Positions 13,191 to 26,110 of a stretch of DNA of 64,000 nt are shown piece after piece. The stretch covers positions 172,546,001 through 172,610,000 of the forward strand of contig NC_086100.1 in assembly GCF_963921235.1 (NCBI RefSeq), written 5' to 3'. How positions within the stretch are numbered: the stretch's first letter is position 1; every line of letters begins with the position of its first letter. Under the pieces are notes generated by a model. That model saw only the letters and a list, made by a program, of their open reading frames with translations, had not been told where the DNA came from and ran no database searches. The position numbers and the translations under genes were made by a program. Source of the stretch: Mobula hypostoma. Its lineage: Eukaryota.

Positions 13191-13427
13191 TGGATACAAG
13201 ATGGGAGTACACCATACCACCTCCTCAAACCTTGCACAATTGGGTTAGATTACAGTTATAGTCAGAGCACCACAGCACAGAAACAGGTCCTTCCCCACAT
13301 CTAGCCCATGTTGAATTATTTCCATAAAACTTTTAACCATCTTTAGAAGAAAACATCTAACAGCAGCTAGCGTCCATCAATTTATTATTGGAAGAAATTG
13401 AGTGTTACACTATACATCTGACGCAAT

Positions 13428-14771
13428 TGTAACTAAGGTTAATTAAACTCAGATGTAATGTTAGAAAGCTCCACCTGTGGAGGGATGAAAATGAGGTTTA
13501 CCAAATTAAACTTGGGGGGAAAAAAAACTATGGGAGAACGAGAGGCAGCAAACGCAGGTATGGACAAGCGAGAGAAATGCAGCAAACTATTAAAAATTAA
13601 ATATATAAACTGTTAAAAGTAGAATTAGTAGTGAACATCGCTACTCTATTTACTTGAAAACCTCAGTGAAACCCCTGGCAAGAGAGAATATATCAATAGA
13701 AGAATTACTGAAGCTACGGCTGTAACAAGCACCAGCTATAGCGAGACAATATCAGCAGAGATGAGTGTCCAAAATCTCTGCTGTGTAACTGGGAATTAGT
13801 TCTGTTAAATCATACCAAGGATTTGGTGAATTAAAACACTTTTGCTGTCCCAAGTGTAAAATGTGTGTGTGAAATATGTTCAGTAGTGTTGTAACTGAGA
13901 AATGTTTGGAAATGACGTGATTTTGAGATAGAAGTCAGAATGAGTACAAGAACTTACTGTAATCCTGTTGTATACAGATCAGGTTTTTTTGTTGTACAAG
14001 TTTTGAGAAGTGACTTTCCATGGATGACCAGCTATTTCATCCAATGAACCAAGAAACAAGATGACGAGCCAACCATGATCAACAAACCAGCACGGAACAA
14101 AATACTTCATGACGTGTTGGATTTAACATAGTTGGATGTACAAGTTTATTATTCATTTAGAGGATCTGAATTTGATTTCCTGCAAGAATTGATTTTTGCA
14201 AAGACTTTGATAAGTTACTAAATGGGATTTACTTTAAAAATTGTGATGTTGGAGAATTGTCATGAAAGGAATTAAGTTGAATATTTTTTAAAATTTAAAC
14301 TTGTAGACATAGTGACTTGAACTGAAACTGAAGTTAACCATAATACCCAAGAATAGAAATTCAATTAGTTCTAACCAACTAGGGATAAATAGAAAGGCAA
14401 AAGGTTAGTCTATAAACCTTTAAATAGGGAATAATACTAGACCTAATTAATTACAGAAATTAGAGTAATAAATGTTATTCTAATGAACATCACTGATTCC
14501 AATTGAAAAGGAATTTGATATCTGAGATTTGGAATCTAAACAGAATGTTGGAACTTTGAATTGTTCTTACTCATGTAAATATTTTGCATATATTACTACT
14601 TTTTATAAATAAATTTACCTCCAGAAGTGTGCATTTTTTTTTTATTCACTGCCTCCTTCCAATACCCAAACTGATGGTCCACTGGGACCTAGCGTTATGC
14701 TATGTAATTTGATCTTCAAGAGTGCGGCGAATAGTCACGCGAGAAGAGACAAACACTACACAGGTGTTACA
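13428..14771 (+). mobile_element. Solo LTR (Gypsy- or ERV-type), 1344 bp
   Basis: Termini TGTAAC...GTTACA (6-bp inverted repeat); 4-bp TSD CAAT at 13424-13427 and 14772-14775; AATAAA at 14608; no coding sequence. Confidence 0.8.
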
Positions 14772-15216
14772 CAATACAGAAGTCATCTTTGTGTATAATG
14801 GAGTTGAATGCTTATTTGGATCCTGTTATCTTTGCAGGCAAGGCAGTATCTCAAAGTATACCCAACAGGGAAAATAGGCAACCCAGAAGCAAAGAGATTA
14901 GCACAATCTCATTACAGCACCGACCACGACTGATCAGGATTATTCCTGCCGCTGTCTGTAAGGATTTTGTATGTTCTCCATGTGACTGTGTGGGCTTCCT
15001 CCGGGTGCTTCAGTTACATCTCATCAGAACTGAGAAAGCATTTAACTGAGTAACCTTAACGGGAATATTCATAACTGAATACAATATCACAGGACTGTTA
15101 AAGTCTCAGACAATTACATAAAACTAGCTTAGAACCAAGTACACACATTTTGGCTCACTGTGACAGAGTACTTATTCTTGTAACACAAAATGCTGGAGGA
15201 ACTCATTTATTCTTAC

Positions 15217-15362
15217 CATTTATCCTCATTAAGATTTTCTGGACCCTGTATGTTCAATGCAATTTCCTCATTGTTTCCAATTTTCTGAAATGCAACATTG
15301 GTGATATGTGGACTCAATATTTTCCGTGTAACAGGGTCTCTTGCAGGGGTTTGGAAGGACAC
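15217..15362 (-). CDS. TACC3: TACC3 coding exon 2
   Basis: Not in the ORF track. Reverse translation gives VSFQTPARDPVTRKILSPHITNVAFQKIGNNEEIALNIQGPENLNEDK, matching the TACC3 motif VTFQTPLRDPQTHRILSP; acceptor caatgtag, donor TG|GTAAGA; 146 nt, phase 2. Confidence 0.92.
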
Positions 15363-15911
15363 CTACATTGTGAAAAGTTAGTTTAGAACAGAGGAATATA
15401 TCAATAGCATCTCTGTAAATATTCAGTGCCCAAAGTAGCTAACTCTTGTATCTGTGGTGATACTTTGCAATTAAATTTGAATAGAAAACTCAAATGTTTT
15501 AAGAGACAAATGAAAGTCAAATTTAGCCTAACCTCTGCAGCGTATTTAATGTACTGAATAGCACCAAGTAGGGAACAAAGTAGTGGACTGGAAATCAAAT
15601 CAGAAATTAGACTCAACGTGCATAGCTCACCAGAAAACTTGCTTCCACCAATAACCATTGCCTACTGCACCATTAAGTTTTGCTACACAGATATTTTTAG
15701 TGCAGAGTGATATCTTATATGATAAAAAGCTTCAGTTGTTAAATATTCTGAAAATACCCATCCTTTGATTTATTTGAAATGAAGAAATTTTATATACAAG
15801 TTTTAAGTTTCAGATCTTTGGAGAACCAAATAATGAACATTAAAGTTCAACAAGTTGATTAAAAACAGAAAATAGACAAACTATTAATGCTATAATGCAA
15901 AAAAAAAGCAC

Positions 15912-16076
15912 CTTGGAAAGTTTTGTTGAACTTTTTGGAGGGAAATTTTCCTTCTCTGTTACTCGAAGAGTTGGTTTCCCAGGGTTTGCAATCGGTGTTG
16001 ACGGGATACACTGTTCATCCATTATAGTGGAGCCTTGAAGGTCCAAATAACTGTTTTCATCCAAATGCAAACTCAT
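15912..16076 (-). CDS. TACC3: TACC3 first coding exon (exon starts at 16086, ATG at 16076)
   Basis: Acceptor ttgcatctttctcag; MSLHLDENSY...LRVTEKENFPPKSSTKLSK resembles human MSLQVLND...LRVSQKENVPPKNLAKAMK and includes a KEN box; donor AAG|GTGCTT, phase 0. Confidence 0.88.
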
Positions 16077-16499
16077 ACCAGATTGGCTGAGAAAGATGCA
16101 AGGCAAGATAAACCACTTATAACTGTCTATAAATAATTCATAGAAACAACATTAAACACTAATACAAAGTCACTAGTTTTCTGAATACATTACTTCCAGA
16201 TTTTTCAGTGTTCTTTTAACAAACTGTATATTCACACATGGAACCATCAAGACTCCATCCAAAAATTGTACTTGAGATACAAAACTGTCAACTAAATAAT
16301 GAACATCAATACTCTTCCATTAGTTTATATCTATTCAGCATCCTCTGTCTCAACATCTTTCCTACAGTGCAGTGATTGAAATACATACTATTAAGTTGTA
16401 AAACCATTTCTTCAGGGTCAACATGAAAGATGAACATTTCTCTCTGGACAGGTGCTTCTGGACTTTAACCTCTAATTCCTAAAACCAGAGATTATTATT

Positions 16500-17300
16500 G
16501 TAATCTTTTCTGGTATCCTTCTATCTCACATCCTTCCTATAAATGAAGCGACCAGAACTGAACACAAGACTGGAAGAGCAAGACCAGAGATTTATAAAGG
16601 CTCAGCAAGTTATACAAGCTTCTATCGATAAAATCCCATTTTAATATGCTTTATTAATTGTGCCCCATCACCTGTGAACCCATATCCCCAGGGCCCTGCA
16701 TTCCTTTACCAACACTATCTTTTACCCTAATGTTATCTCTTCATACTTCTTACCAAAATGCATGAGCTCACATTTCTCTGCCTTAAACTTCACCTGCTAT
16801 GCTTCTATCCATCTACCAGCCTTTTTACATAGACTATACTTCCATTTTACAGTGCTATCAAGCTTCACATCACATGCAAATTTAGAAATTGTGACTTTCA
16901 CCGAAAATTAGGATATTAATATGGATTAGAAACACTAACTCCTGGGAATATCACTATACACCACCCCCCAACCCCAGTTTCAATAATGATCACTCACCAC
17001 AATCTTGCTGTCAACTATTAGCCAATTCCACATCTATAATATCAATACCTTTTATGCACTGGTTCTATTAGGCCTGTAGCCAAATAGGGATCTTTGCGCC
17101 TTTTGACAGCTCTAATGACAAGCCATTTGTGACTTTTGTTTGCCTCAGCTAGCCCTATTTGCCTGCATTTGACCCAATCCCTTCAAATCTTCCTATTCAC
17201 AAATACATAATTGAAATAGTTCTAGAAAAGGCATACAGGCCAAACACTGGAAAATGAAAATAACTCAGGTAGACAACTTGGTTGGCAATGACAAGATGGG
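16500..17300 (-). mobile_element. Old CR1 fragment
   Basis: accagaactgaacaca and ccactatacacc...acatgcaaattt remnants resemble minus-strand CR1 RT elsewhere in the window. Confidence 0.5.
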
Positions 17301-17894
17301 CCTTTAAAGATCCCGTTTACATGCTACATAAACATAGATTTTCTCGATAGATCACAGCATCTTATGCCCACATACACCCTTAGATCTCAAATCCAGCATT
17401 TCCCTAAACATATTTAATGTAACCAGTACAGTAAACTCAAGTAACATCCCAGCAATTGGATTCAGCACATACGCTCTCTTTCTGGGAGAGTCAGTTAATA
17501 GAGAGGGGCAGAACACTAGGGTGATGGAGACGGAATCCTTCACCACCCAGATGACCATCAAGTACAGCAGTCCCAGGGCTGCAGAAGATAACACAAAAGT
17601 TTGTTTTTTTTTACATTTTTGGTGTCATTTGCACAGCACATTCAGTTGGGGTAAGTTTTTTTTGTTTAAAGACCTTAGTAACATTCCACTCATGTGACGT
17701 TATACGCCCCATTTTCGAGAAGAATCCCACCAGTATTCATTAACAGTGCAACAACTAGACTCTGGTCCTTCCCCGCAAAGACTTCGCGTTGGCTGCACCA
17801 AGCTTCGCTGCATCCCTTCGTATGACTAGAAAATGGTAGTCGCACCACAGCTCGCTGAGTTAAAATGTCAACACTGTCTGCGTTCCCCACCACA

Positions 17895-17920
17895 CCCAAC
17901 CCCAACCCCAACCCCAACCC
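17895..17920 (-). repeat. (GGGGTT)n repeat in TACC3 intron 1, G-quadruplex potential
   Basis: Plus strand ccc aa cccc aa cccc aa cccc aa ccc gives five G-runs on the TACC3 sense strand. Confidence 0.8.
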
Positions 17921-18070
17921 GTCTCCCGCCGCCGGTCCTCTCCCGATCCATCTGCAGACCCCTCCACCTCACTCTCCTATCCCAATTCCCCCACCCTCCA
18001 ACCCTACCGCCTACCTCCCACCACCGTCAGCCCCACTCCACCCTTCTCCCGCGGCCAGCCCCTGCCTCAC

Positions 18071-18125
18071 CTTCCACCGCCGCCCGCTCCTACTCTACTC
18101 CGCTCCGGCTCCGGCTCGCTCGCCA
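18071..18125 (-). other. TACC3: TACC3 non-coding exon 1 (5' UTR; start approximate)
   Basis: GC-rich segment in the CpG island ending in a consensus minus-strand donor GAAG|GTGAGG (plus 18065-18070 cctcac). Confidence 0.65.
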
Positions 18126-18330
18126 AATTTTAAAACCTGACCGTTTGGCGCCACGTCCAATACAAAGCAGCCGCTTTCCAAGGTCATCGTTCAGCTGGTT
18201 TACAAACGGACCAATCGGCAGCCGGAGAAAGGCGTCGCTCTTCTCGCGAGAAGACAGTGCCATGGAGCCCCTCTTGCTGCTGAAGCTGTGTGATTGGGAG
18301 CATCTCGTCGCGGGTGGGGCCTGTTATCCC
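18120..18330 (-). promoter_or_regulatory. TACC3 cell-cycle-type promoter
   Basis: CHR-like TTTAAA at 18129-18134; E2F-like TTTGGCGC at 18144-18151 with adjacent Myb-like AACGG on the minus strand; CCAAT boxes at 18157, 18211 and 18293 (reverse); TCTCGCGAGA element inside a 16-bp palindrome at 18239-18254. Confidence 0.75.
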
Positions 18331-19239
18331 AGCTTGTTAGACACCGCGCTTTACACAGAGATTAGCAACACCCAATATCGTTTGCGGAATGCACATCATG
18401 AAGGTTGCTACTTGTGTTTTATATCAAATTGGCTATTTGTGTCCCGAGGGTCCGGTGACTGGGGTTGAAACAAAGGACTGAGCCTGCTGCTGGGAGTTCC
18501 TCTCAGGCAAGAAGGGGATAGAGGTGGAAAGAAAACGGTGGAGAAGACGGAGATATTGGGTGAGAGGAGTTGTATGGAGGAAGGCAAATGGCAGGTTTCT
18601 GGGGAAGCGACCGATTGAGGATTGTAGTGGATTATCATCCAGTGATGAAGGCAGTAAACTAGATTTAAATCAAATGAGGAAGGAAGAGTTTAAGGTTTTG
18701 TTGAGTTTGTTTCTGATAACAATCCAGTTAAACTAATGACTTGAAAAAATAGATATTGTGAGTGCAAAATTTTAAAGAGATGGAGCAAACACTCAGTATT
18801 TTGTAGAGATAGTAGGCATTGTGAGAAAACCTTGGGTATTAAAAGCTGTAGGAGGAAGGAAAGTAACATCAAGGAATAATATTTAATGATAGTGGTTTGG
18901 GGAGTAATCATTGGAGTGCCTCTAAATGTATTCATGGACCAAGTTTAAAAATAATTTAGTTTGGGGCAAAGTTGTAGATGCTAAATGTTTAAAAGAAATT
19001 TGTGGTGAATAAGAGCAGATGGCTAATCATTGCTGATTAAATTTGATGAAAAAAAATTGCTGGATAGGGTTAATTTAGGTTATCTGATTACATGGTTTGA
19101 GTCAATTTCCTGCCCCCTCAGATGTTTTCAGTACCAGAAGTTTGGCCATGTGGCAGTTGTGTGTAAGAGTAAAAAGCAGTGTGGTAGATGTGAATAACAT
19201 GAATATAGCAATTGTAGAGATGTTGTTAGGCTAAAATGT

Positions 19240-20099
19240 AGTAGCTCAGCATTTAATACCTTCATTTCCACAATCCTGATTGAGAAGTTGTAGAACTTGG
19301 GCCTCTGTACCTCCCCCTGCAATTGGATCCTTGACTTCCTAACCGGAAGACCACAATCTGTGCAGATTGGTGATAACATAGCTGATGATCAGTGCACACC
19401 TCAGGGGTGTGTGCTTAGCCCACTGCTCTATTCTCTATATACACGTGACTGTGTGGCTAGACATAGCTCAAATTCTATCAATAAATTTGCTGACGATACA
19501 ACCATTGTTGGTAAAATCTCAGGTGGTGACGAGAGGGCGTACAGGAGTGAGATATGCCAACGAGTGGAGTGATGTCACAGCAACAACCTGGTACTCAACA
19601 TCAGTAAGACAAAAGAGCTGGTTGTGGGCTTCAGGAAGGGTAAGACAAAGGAACACATACCAATTTTCATAGAGGGATCAAAGTGGAGAGAGTGAGCAGT
19701 TTCAAGTTCCTGGGTGTCAAGATCTCTGAGGATCTAACCTGGTCCCAACATATCGATGTGGTTATAAAGAAGGCAAGACAGTGGCTATACTTAGGAGTTT
19801 GAAGAGATTTGGCATGTCAACAAATACACTCAAAAACTTCTATATTTGTGCCATGGAGAACATTCTGGCAGGCTGCACCACTATCTGGTATGGAGGGGCT
19901 AGTGCACAGGACCGAAAGAAGCTGCAGAAGGATGTAAATCTAGTCAGCTCCATCTTGGGTACTAGTCTACAAAGTATCCAGAAAATCTTTAGCAAGCGAT
20001 GTTTCAGAAAGGCAGAGTCAATTATTAAGGACCTCCAGCACCCAGGGCATGCTGTTTTCTCACTGTTACCATCAGGTAGGCAGTACAGAAGCTTGAAGG
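19240..20099 (+). mobile_element. Rex1/Babar LINE fragment
   Basis: [52 protein letters not shown]. Confidence 0.85.
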
Positions 20100-20135
20100 C
20101 AGGGGTCCCCAACCTTTTTTGCACCGCGGACCGGC
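20100..20135 (+). mobile_element. hAT (Charlie-like) terminal fragment
   Basis: caggggtccccaacctttttt start, similar to the MITE ends at 46351 and 59606. Confidence 0.55.
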
Positions 20136-21049
20136 CGACCGTGGTGGTGGGGGGGGGGGATATTTCTTGATCATATGGTTTTGGAGGATATCGAGTTGAG
20201 TAATAATCTCTTGTGCTCTGTACTCAACTAAATAACTAAGGAATCAATTTCCAGATCATTGGGAGACAATAAAAGAAGAGTTGTTCCCTGGTGGGCAGAT
20301 GAATGTAAAAGAGATGTGGAGTGGAGTAAAGCTTTCAGAAAGTTAGGCAGTGTTACTTCTGTTCATCTTTCATGCAATATAAATGAGCACGCTCAGGTGT
20401 TTGGTTGGTTGTGGTTGGTGTGCAAGAAGGAGGTCACTTCAATGTATATTGCTTTAATTAGATCTGTCTTTGATTACGGTGGTGTTGCTTATGCGTCAGC
20501 TTCACCAGTGGTCTTAAAGTTCAAGCTCAAGCATTGAGATTGTATCCTGATTATGTACTTTAGTGCTCTGATTTGTTCTTGGATTTGACATCTTTTAAAA
20601 CAAGTATTTCAAGTTGTAGGACAGGCGTTCTTCTTGAGGTTGGACAACTTCTGTTGAGGCTGCAGTATCTAAGCTTGTGTATACATTTCATGTAATGTAC
20701 ATGATCGTACATAATGATTGGAGGAGCCTATTGTTTATTGAGAATGACTGGTCTACTTGTTTTAATAGAGATGTTGCATGAAAAGTCAATAATCTAGTGA
20801 TCATTTTACTATGAAAGACAACTTTTTTTTTCTTTAGTTTCATCAGAAGTTGGTATGCTTCCAAATTAAAATGGTTTAGTTTCAGGCATTTTTAGCTTTT
20901 TGTATTTGTGCTCTTAAAATGATTAGAGCAAAGTTAATGGAAAATCATAGACCATTGGTTAACGAATCTTCTAAGAGGCCTCATTTCAAAACCAAGACAT
21001 GCAAAATGATGTCTTATGTATCAGAATCTGGAAAGATTTAATCAGCAGG

Positions 21050-21370
21050 TGGGAGTGACACAGTGGCATAGTGGTTAGTGTAATGCTTTACAGCACCAGT
21101 GATTGGAAGATTGACGTTCAATTCCCACCAGTGTCTTTAAGGAGTTCTCCCCACAACCACATGGTTTTCCTCTGGGTGATCCGGTTTCCTCCCACATTCC
21201 AAAAAAGACACACAGGTTATGTACCAGTAAATTGTGGGCATGCTATGTTGGCGCTGGAAGCATGGTGACACTTGTAGAGTTCTCCCAGTACCTCAGACTC
21301 TGGAAGATAAACAAACAATGCATTTCACTGTATGTTTCAATGGTTATATGGCAAATAAAGTTAATTTCTT
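21050..21370 (+). mobile_element. tRNA-derived SINE (V-SINE/HE1-like)
   Basis: A-box-like gtggcatagtggttag head; central ggtttcctcccacattccaaa domain; related copies at 14905-15020, 37258-37590, 37710-38035, 49070-49210 and 50020-51970. Confidence 0.65.
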
Positions 21371-23580
21371 ATACATCAATTGAAACAATCACAATCTCCT
21401 TTCTTAAAAATCTTGTTTCTTTGATTATTTTGTCTGATAATTTACGACCCTATGCCATGAATCATCTTGAAGAACTGGACAAGGATAACAGACTTAGCTG
21501 CTCCTATTTGTATGCATATTCAAAAGCTTCAGTGAAAACTAAAACAAGACATACAAACATACTTTTACTTTTATTAAAGTGACTCTGCTCCACATGCATT
21601 GCTTAGAATATTGACAAAAGTCAATCATCATATAACCCAGTAATGTACTTCATAAAAAAAATCAAACTTGCAATCTTATGCTTACAAACCTAAAGTGAAA
21701 ACAATGGAGTCCTATTGATTGTATCTGTGCACCGCTTTCTATGTTATACACTACCAATGTGTAATTTTATCTTTAATATATAACATTTTTACTTAGTCCA
21801 AATAGCTGCCACAAAACAGCATTTTCACGTTTGCTAAGACAATGATATAACCGATTCTGAAAACCGCAACTCCCACCCCATCTTTAACATAATGTAACCA
21901 GTCAAATATTTTGATGCTTTTCAACAATCTCAGAGATTGTTTAGATTGTTTCAGTTTAAAATAGTACCAGCTACATTTCCAAATTAGACGATAAGACATA
22001 GGTGCAGAATTAGGTTAATCAGACCATTGAGTCTGCTCCACCACGTGATCATGCCTGATTTATTATCCCTTTCAACCCCATTCTCCTGCCTTCTCCCCAT
22101 ACCTTTTGAAGCCCTTACTCATCAAGAACCTATCAACCTCTGCTTTAGATATACCCAATTCCAGTGTTGAACTTGAAACTTCCACAGCAGTCAATATGAT
22201 TCTCCAATAGACCTGCTTTGTTCTTCCAGTCTAGTATTAGTTCATTCCTATCCATGCAATAATTTCTCTCAAATCTGGTCTCCAATCTTCTGAATAACTT
22301 ATCACTACCAATATTCAACCCCTCAGAAATATTTGTCACAGACAGGCAGACTAGCCTTGTGTGTACATTAATGAACCTCCAATACCACTTTTCAGTCACC
22401 CCTCCCAACTTGTTCACATTGAAACAGACATCTCTTCCTTTAACACTTAAACAGAACTCTTTACGATCTCTGCACCCAAAGGAAAATAATCTAATCCCCA
22501 CATAATAATGATTACAGAGTATCCATTCTTTAGTTAGAGCCTTCAGCATTTTGGGCATCGAGGGAGAGAGGAAGAGGAGAGCCATCCGCAGTACCACCGG
22601 TGCGGCAGAGAGGGCCTCAAGATGGCTGTGGCTCAAAAGAGGGGAGCCATGGAGTCATAAGTAGCTAGCCATCTGGACACAAGCTGGGGTCTGATCAGCC
22701 CCGGCTGGGTCACCTGGAGGCCGTTGTATGATGTTGAAAGACCCGAAACACCCGATGATTCCAGGAACATCACTGAAGATGTGTCCAGAAGCATCAATAG
22801 ATGTATGGACACAGCATTCTTCAATGAATCCACCATCAGCTATTCTAAAGTCCTTTTTGTAGACTTGCGCTCCTTCATCAATTTTACTTATTCAAATTTG
22901 TTCCTTGATTAAAATGCTGTGGTCACTGTAGATAGCATGCTTATTAAGCTGGTCATCCAAAACATTAGCTGCGCAGGTAGAAAAGTGATGGGTGACCACC
23001 AGGTGGAGCAGTGGATGAAGTCAGGTATCTGCGCAAATAAATACTGTATACAGTACATACCACATTGGACACCACACAGGGGTTGCGAGGGCGGGGGAAG
23101 GAACTGCGGGGGAAGCAGCACGGCCAAGTTTCTGACACAGCAGGGAAGAACGGTTATGATTATAAGGAGACATGAGACTGATGCTGGGATCTAGAGCAAG
23201 AACCAAAGTGCAGGTGGAGAAGCATCCGTGGAGATTACACATGCCAAAGTACAATAAAGAGCATTGTTTTGCATGCCATCTGTACAGATCATGTTATTAA
23301 CTCCAGAATCGGAAAAAGCTGCAGAAGGTTGTAAACTCAGCCAACCCAATGTTGGACATGAGGCTCTAGGGCATCAATTACACCTTTACAAGTCATAGTC
23401 ATAGTCATACTATTGATCCCGGGGGAAATTGGCTAATGCTTCATAAAGACACCACCCATTATTAAGCTCCCTCCCCTCCCCCTCCCCCCCCCCCGGAAGT
23501 GCCTTCTCATTGCTACCATCAGGGAGGAGGTACAGTCAAATACAGAAAACAAACTGTTGGTCCTGTAGGCAGAACAGATA

Positions 23581-24546
23581 CAGTGGCATGCAAAAGTCTG
23601 GGGACCCCGGTCAAAATTTCTGTTACTGTCAATAGCTAAACGAGTAATAGATGAACTGATTTCCAAAAGGCATAAAGTTAAAGATGACACATTTCTTTAA
23701 TATTTTAACTTTATCAGTCCACAGGATGCAAAATGCATCAGGCTTGTTTAGATGTTCCTTTGAACCTTTTGAATAGAACTTTTTGGCCGCAATGAGCAAG
23801 GGTATGTTTGGAGGAAAAAGGGTGCAGAATTTCATGAAAAGAACCGCTCTCCAACTGTTAAGCACGGGGGTGGATCGATCACGCTTTGGGCTTGTGTTGC
23901 AGCCAGTGGGACGGGGAACATTTACTGGTAGAGGAAAGAATGAATTTAATTAAATACCAGCAAATTCTGGAAGCAAACACCACACCGTCTGTAAAAAAAA
24001 AGCCAAAGATGAAAAGAGGATGGCTTCTACAACGGGATAGTGATCCTAAATACACCTCAAAGTCCACAATGGACTACCTCAAGAGGCACAAGGTGAAGGT
24101 TTGCCATAGCCCTTACAGTCCCCTGACCTAAACATTATTGAGAATCTGTGGATAGACCTGAAAAGAGCAATGCATGCAAGACGACCCAAGAATCTCACAG
24201 AACTAGAAGCCTTTTGCATTGAAGAATGGGCGAAAATCCCCCAGACAAGAACTGAAAGACTCTTAGCTGGCTACAGAAAGTGTTTACAAGCTGTGATACT
24301 TGCCAAAGGGGGTGTTACTAAGCACTGATCATGCAGGGTGCCCAAACCTTTGCTTTGGACTCTTTTCCTTTTTTGTTATTTTGAAACTGTAAAAGATGGA
24401 AAAAAATAGTTTTCTTGCTTAAAATATTAAAGAAATGTGTCATCTTTAACTTTATGCCTTTTGGAAATCAGTTCATCTTTTACTCACTTAGCTATTCACA
24501 GTAACAGAAATTTTGACCGGGGCACCCAAACTTTTGCATGCCACTG
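23581..24546 (+). mobile_element. Internally deleted Tc1 transposon with long TIRs
   Basis: TA|cagtggcatgcaaaagt... and ...acttttgcatgccactg|TA; TIRs about 128 bp; transposase remnants QRDSDPKYTSKST and SPDLNIIENLW (DD34E region). Confidence 0.92.
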
Positions 24547-26110
24547 TATGGGCATATAACAGCACATGGAAGGATTGGAAAGCTAACTTGTCTGTACTTA
24601 AATGCACGGAGAATGACTGGTGAGGCAGAGGGTTGATCTGTACATGGGAAAATGTTATAATCACAGAGACATGGTTTAAAGAAAGGAAGGAGTAGCAAAT
24701 CAGTGCTTCAGTGTGTACAAGTTTCTGGCAAGACAGGGAAGCAAGTAAAAGAGATGAGAACATTGCTATATGGAAATTGAAGTAATGAGAGTTCAGCGGC
24801 AAGGTGTTCCCATGAGGTGATCAGTAAGGAGAGATCAAGATATTTCTGGATGTCAAAGAATTTTGAGGATTTGAAGTAAAGAAAGGACGCATATAGCAGG
24901 TACTGGGTGCAAAAACTGGTGTACTTTCAGGACTACAGAGTGTGTATGTGTAAGGGGTAACTGAAAAAGAAATTAGGAGGGCAAAGAGGGGCCATGAAGT
25001 ATCCTTGTCCTACAAGATTAAGGAACATCTAAAGGCATTTTAAAATATTAAGAGCAAGAAGGTAACCAGGGAAAGAACAAGGCCTGTTGAGGATCATTCA
25101 GGGAGCAATCAGTGCTCGGAACCAAAAAAATATGAATAGTATTTAAAATAATCCTTCTCGTCCATATTCACTGAGTAAGAGAGGAGATTGCTGGTGTCCT
25201 CGTGGGGATTTCTAAATATTCCCTAGCTGGCATCTGGAGTGCACTGCCTGGGAAGGTAGTGCTCTCACATAATTTAAAACATATCTGAACAATACCATCT
25301 GAATCACTAAGGAATGAAGCTACAGATGCTGCTAAATGAGAGAAGAATAGATAGGTTCAAATGTTCGGTCTGGGCACGACAGGCCAAAGGGACAGATACT
25401 GTGCAGTTTCATTCTGTCACTGACAGTGACAGCACTTCAAAAAGCACTTGGGACATTCTGAAATTGCCAGTGGTTTGACATGAATTCAAGGGATCAAAGA
25501 TCAATTTTATTTGTATATACATGTATTAGGAATTTGCTGTGGTTGTGTTGGTCAGGGCACAACATGCAACAAAAAGCAACTTGCAACAATAACAAAGGAT
25601 GATTTAAAAAATAAAGTTAGAGGTTAAAGGACAGAAATGGAATAAAATGTGCATAAATACATAAATGCCAGCATATATTTGCAATGCAAACAGCATAATA
25701 AAAAGTGTGAGTGTGATTACTTAAACTGAGTATGATGTTCTCCTAAGGAGCTGTCTATTGATGAATCTTCAGCTGGCCGTTGAGGCCATTCTGAGATCCA
25801 GATATTTCAATGTAGTTGCCTGGACTTCTCCCTTGACCTTACCATTGTGGGTGACCCTACCAAGAGCCAAGCACCAATGGCTAAACTCCAGATAGCATCA
25901 CTTTTTACATGATGTCTACAGTACAGTGCAGTGACAGAGGTAATTTATAAAGGGAGTGGGACTAAAATGGTTGATCAGATTAACTGCTTGGAGGAAGAAA
26001 CTTTAATTTTGTGTGAAGATTTTATTTTAATAGCCTTCTTCAGTTAAAACATTCTTTGTAAATTACCTGTCATATACCATGTCCCATATACCCATCATGT
26101 TCATTATTAA

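Larger units (their letters stand above)
18480..20545 (+). mobile_element. Nimb/I-clade LINE relic, interrupted by Rex/Babar and hAT insertions
   Basis: ORF1 zinc-knuckle remnant PLRCFQYQKFGHVAVVCKSKKQCGRC (about 19115-19200); ORF2 remnants RRVVPWWADECKR and YIALIRSVFDYGGVAYASAS (20270-20505). Confidence 0.7.

Noticed and set aside
17352-17594. 80-aa minus-strand ORF as an extra TACC3 exon
   Set aside because: Lies upstream of the TACC3 ATG exon and weakly resembles a Tx1 ORF2 C-terminal relic; too uncertain to annotate.
17833-18468. 211-aa Pro-rich ORF
   Set aside because: Product of the C-rich, stop-poor antisense strand of the TACC3 CpG island; no recognisable domain.
22145-23200. 163-aa ORF and neighbouring GC-richer ORFs as a host gene or processed pseudogene
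   Set aside because: No recognisable cellular protein; part resembles a Rex/Babar RT motif (YSKVLFVD), and the rest is probably old LINE sequence.
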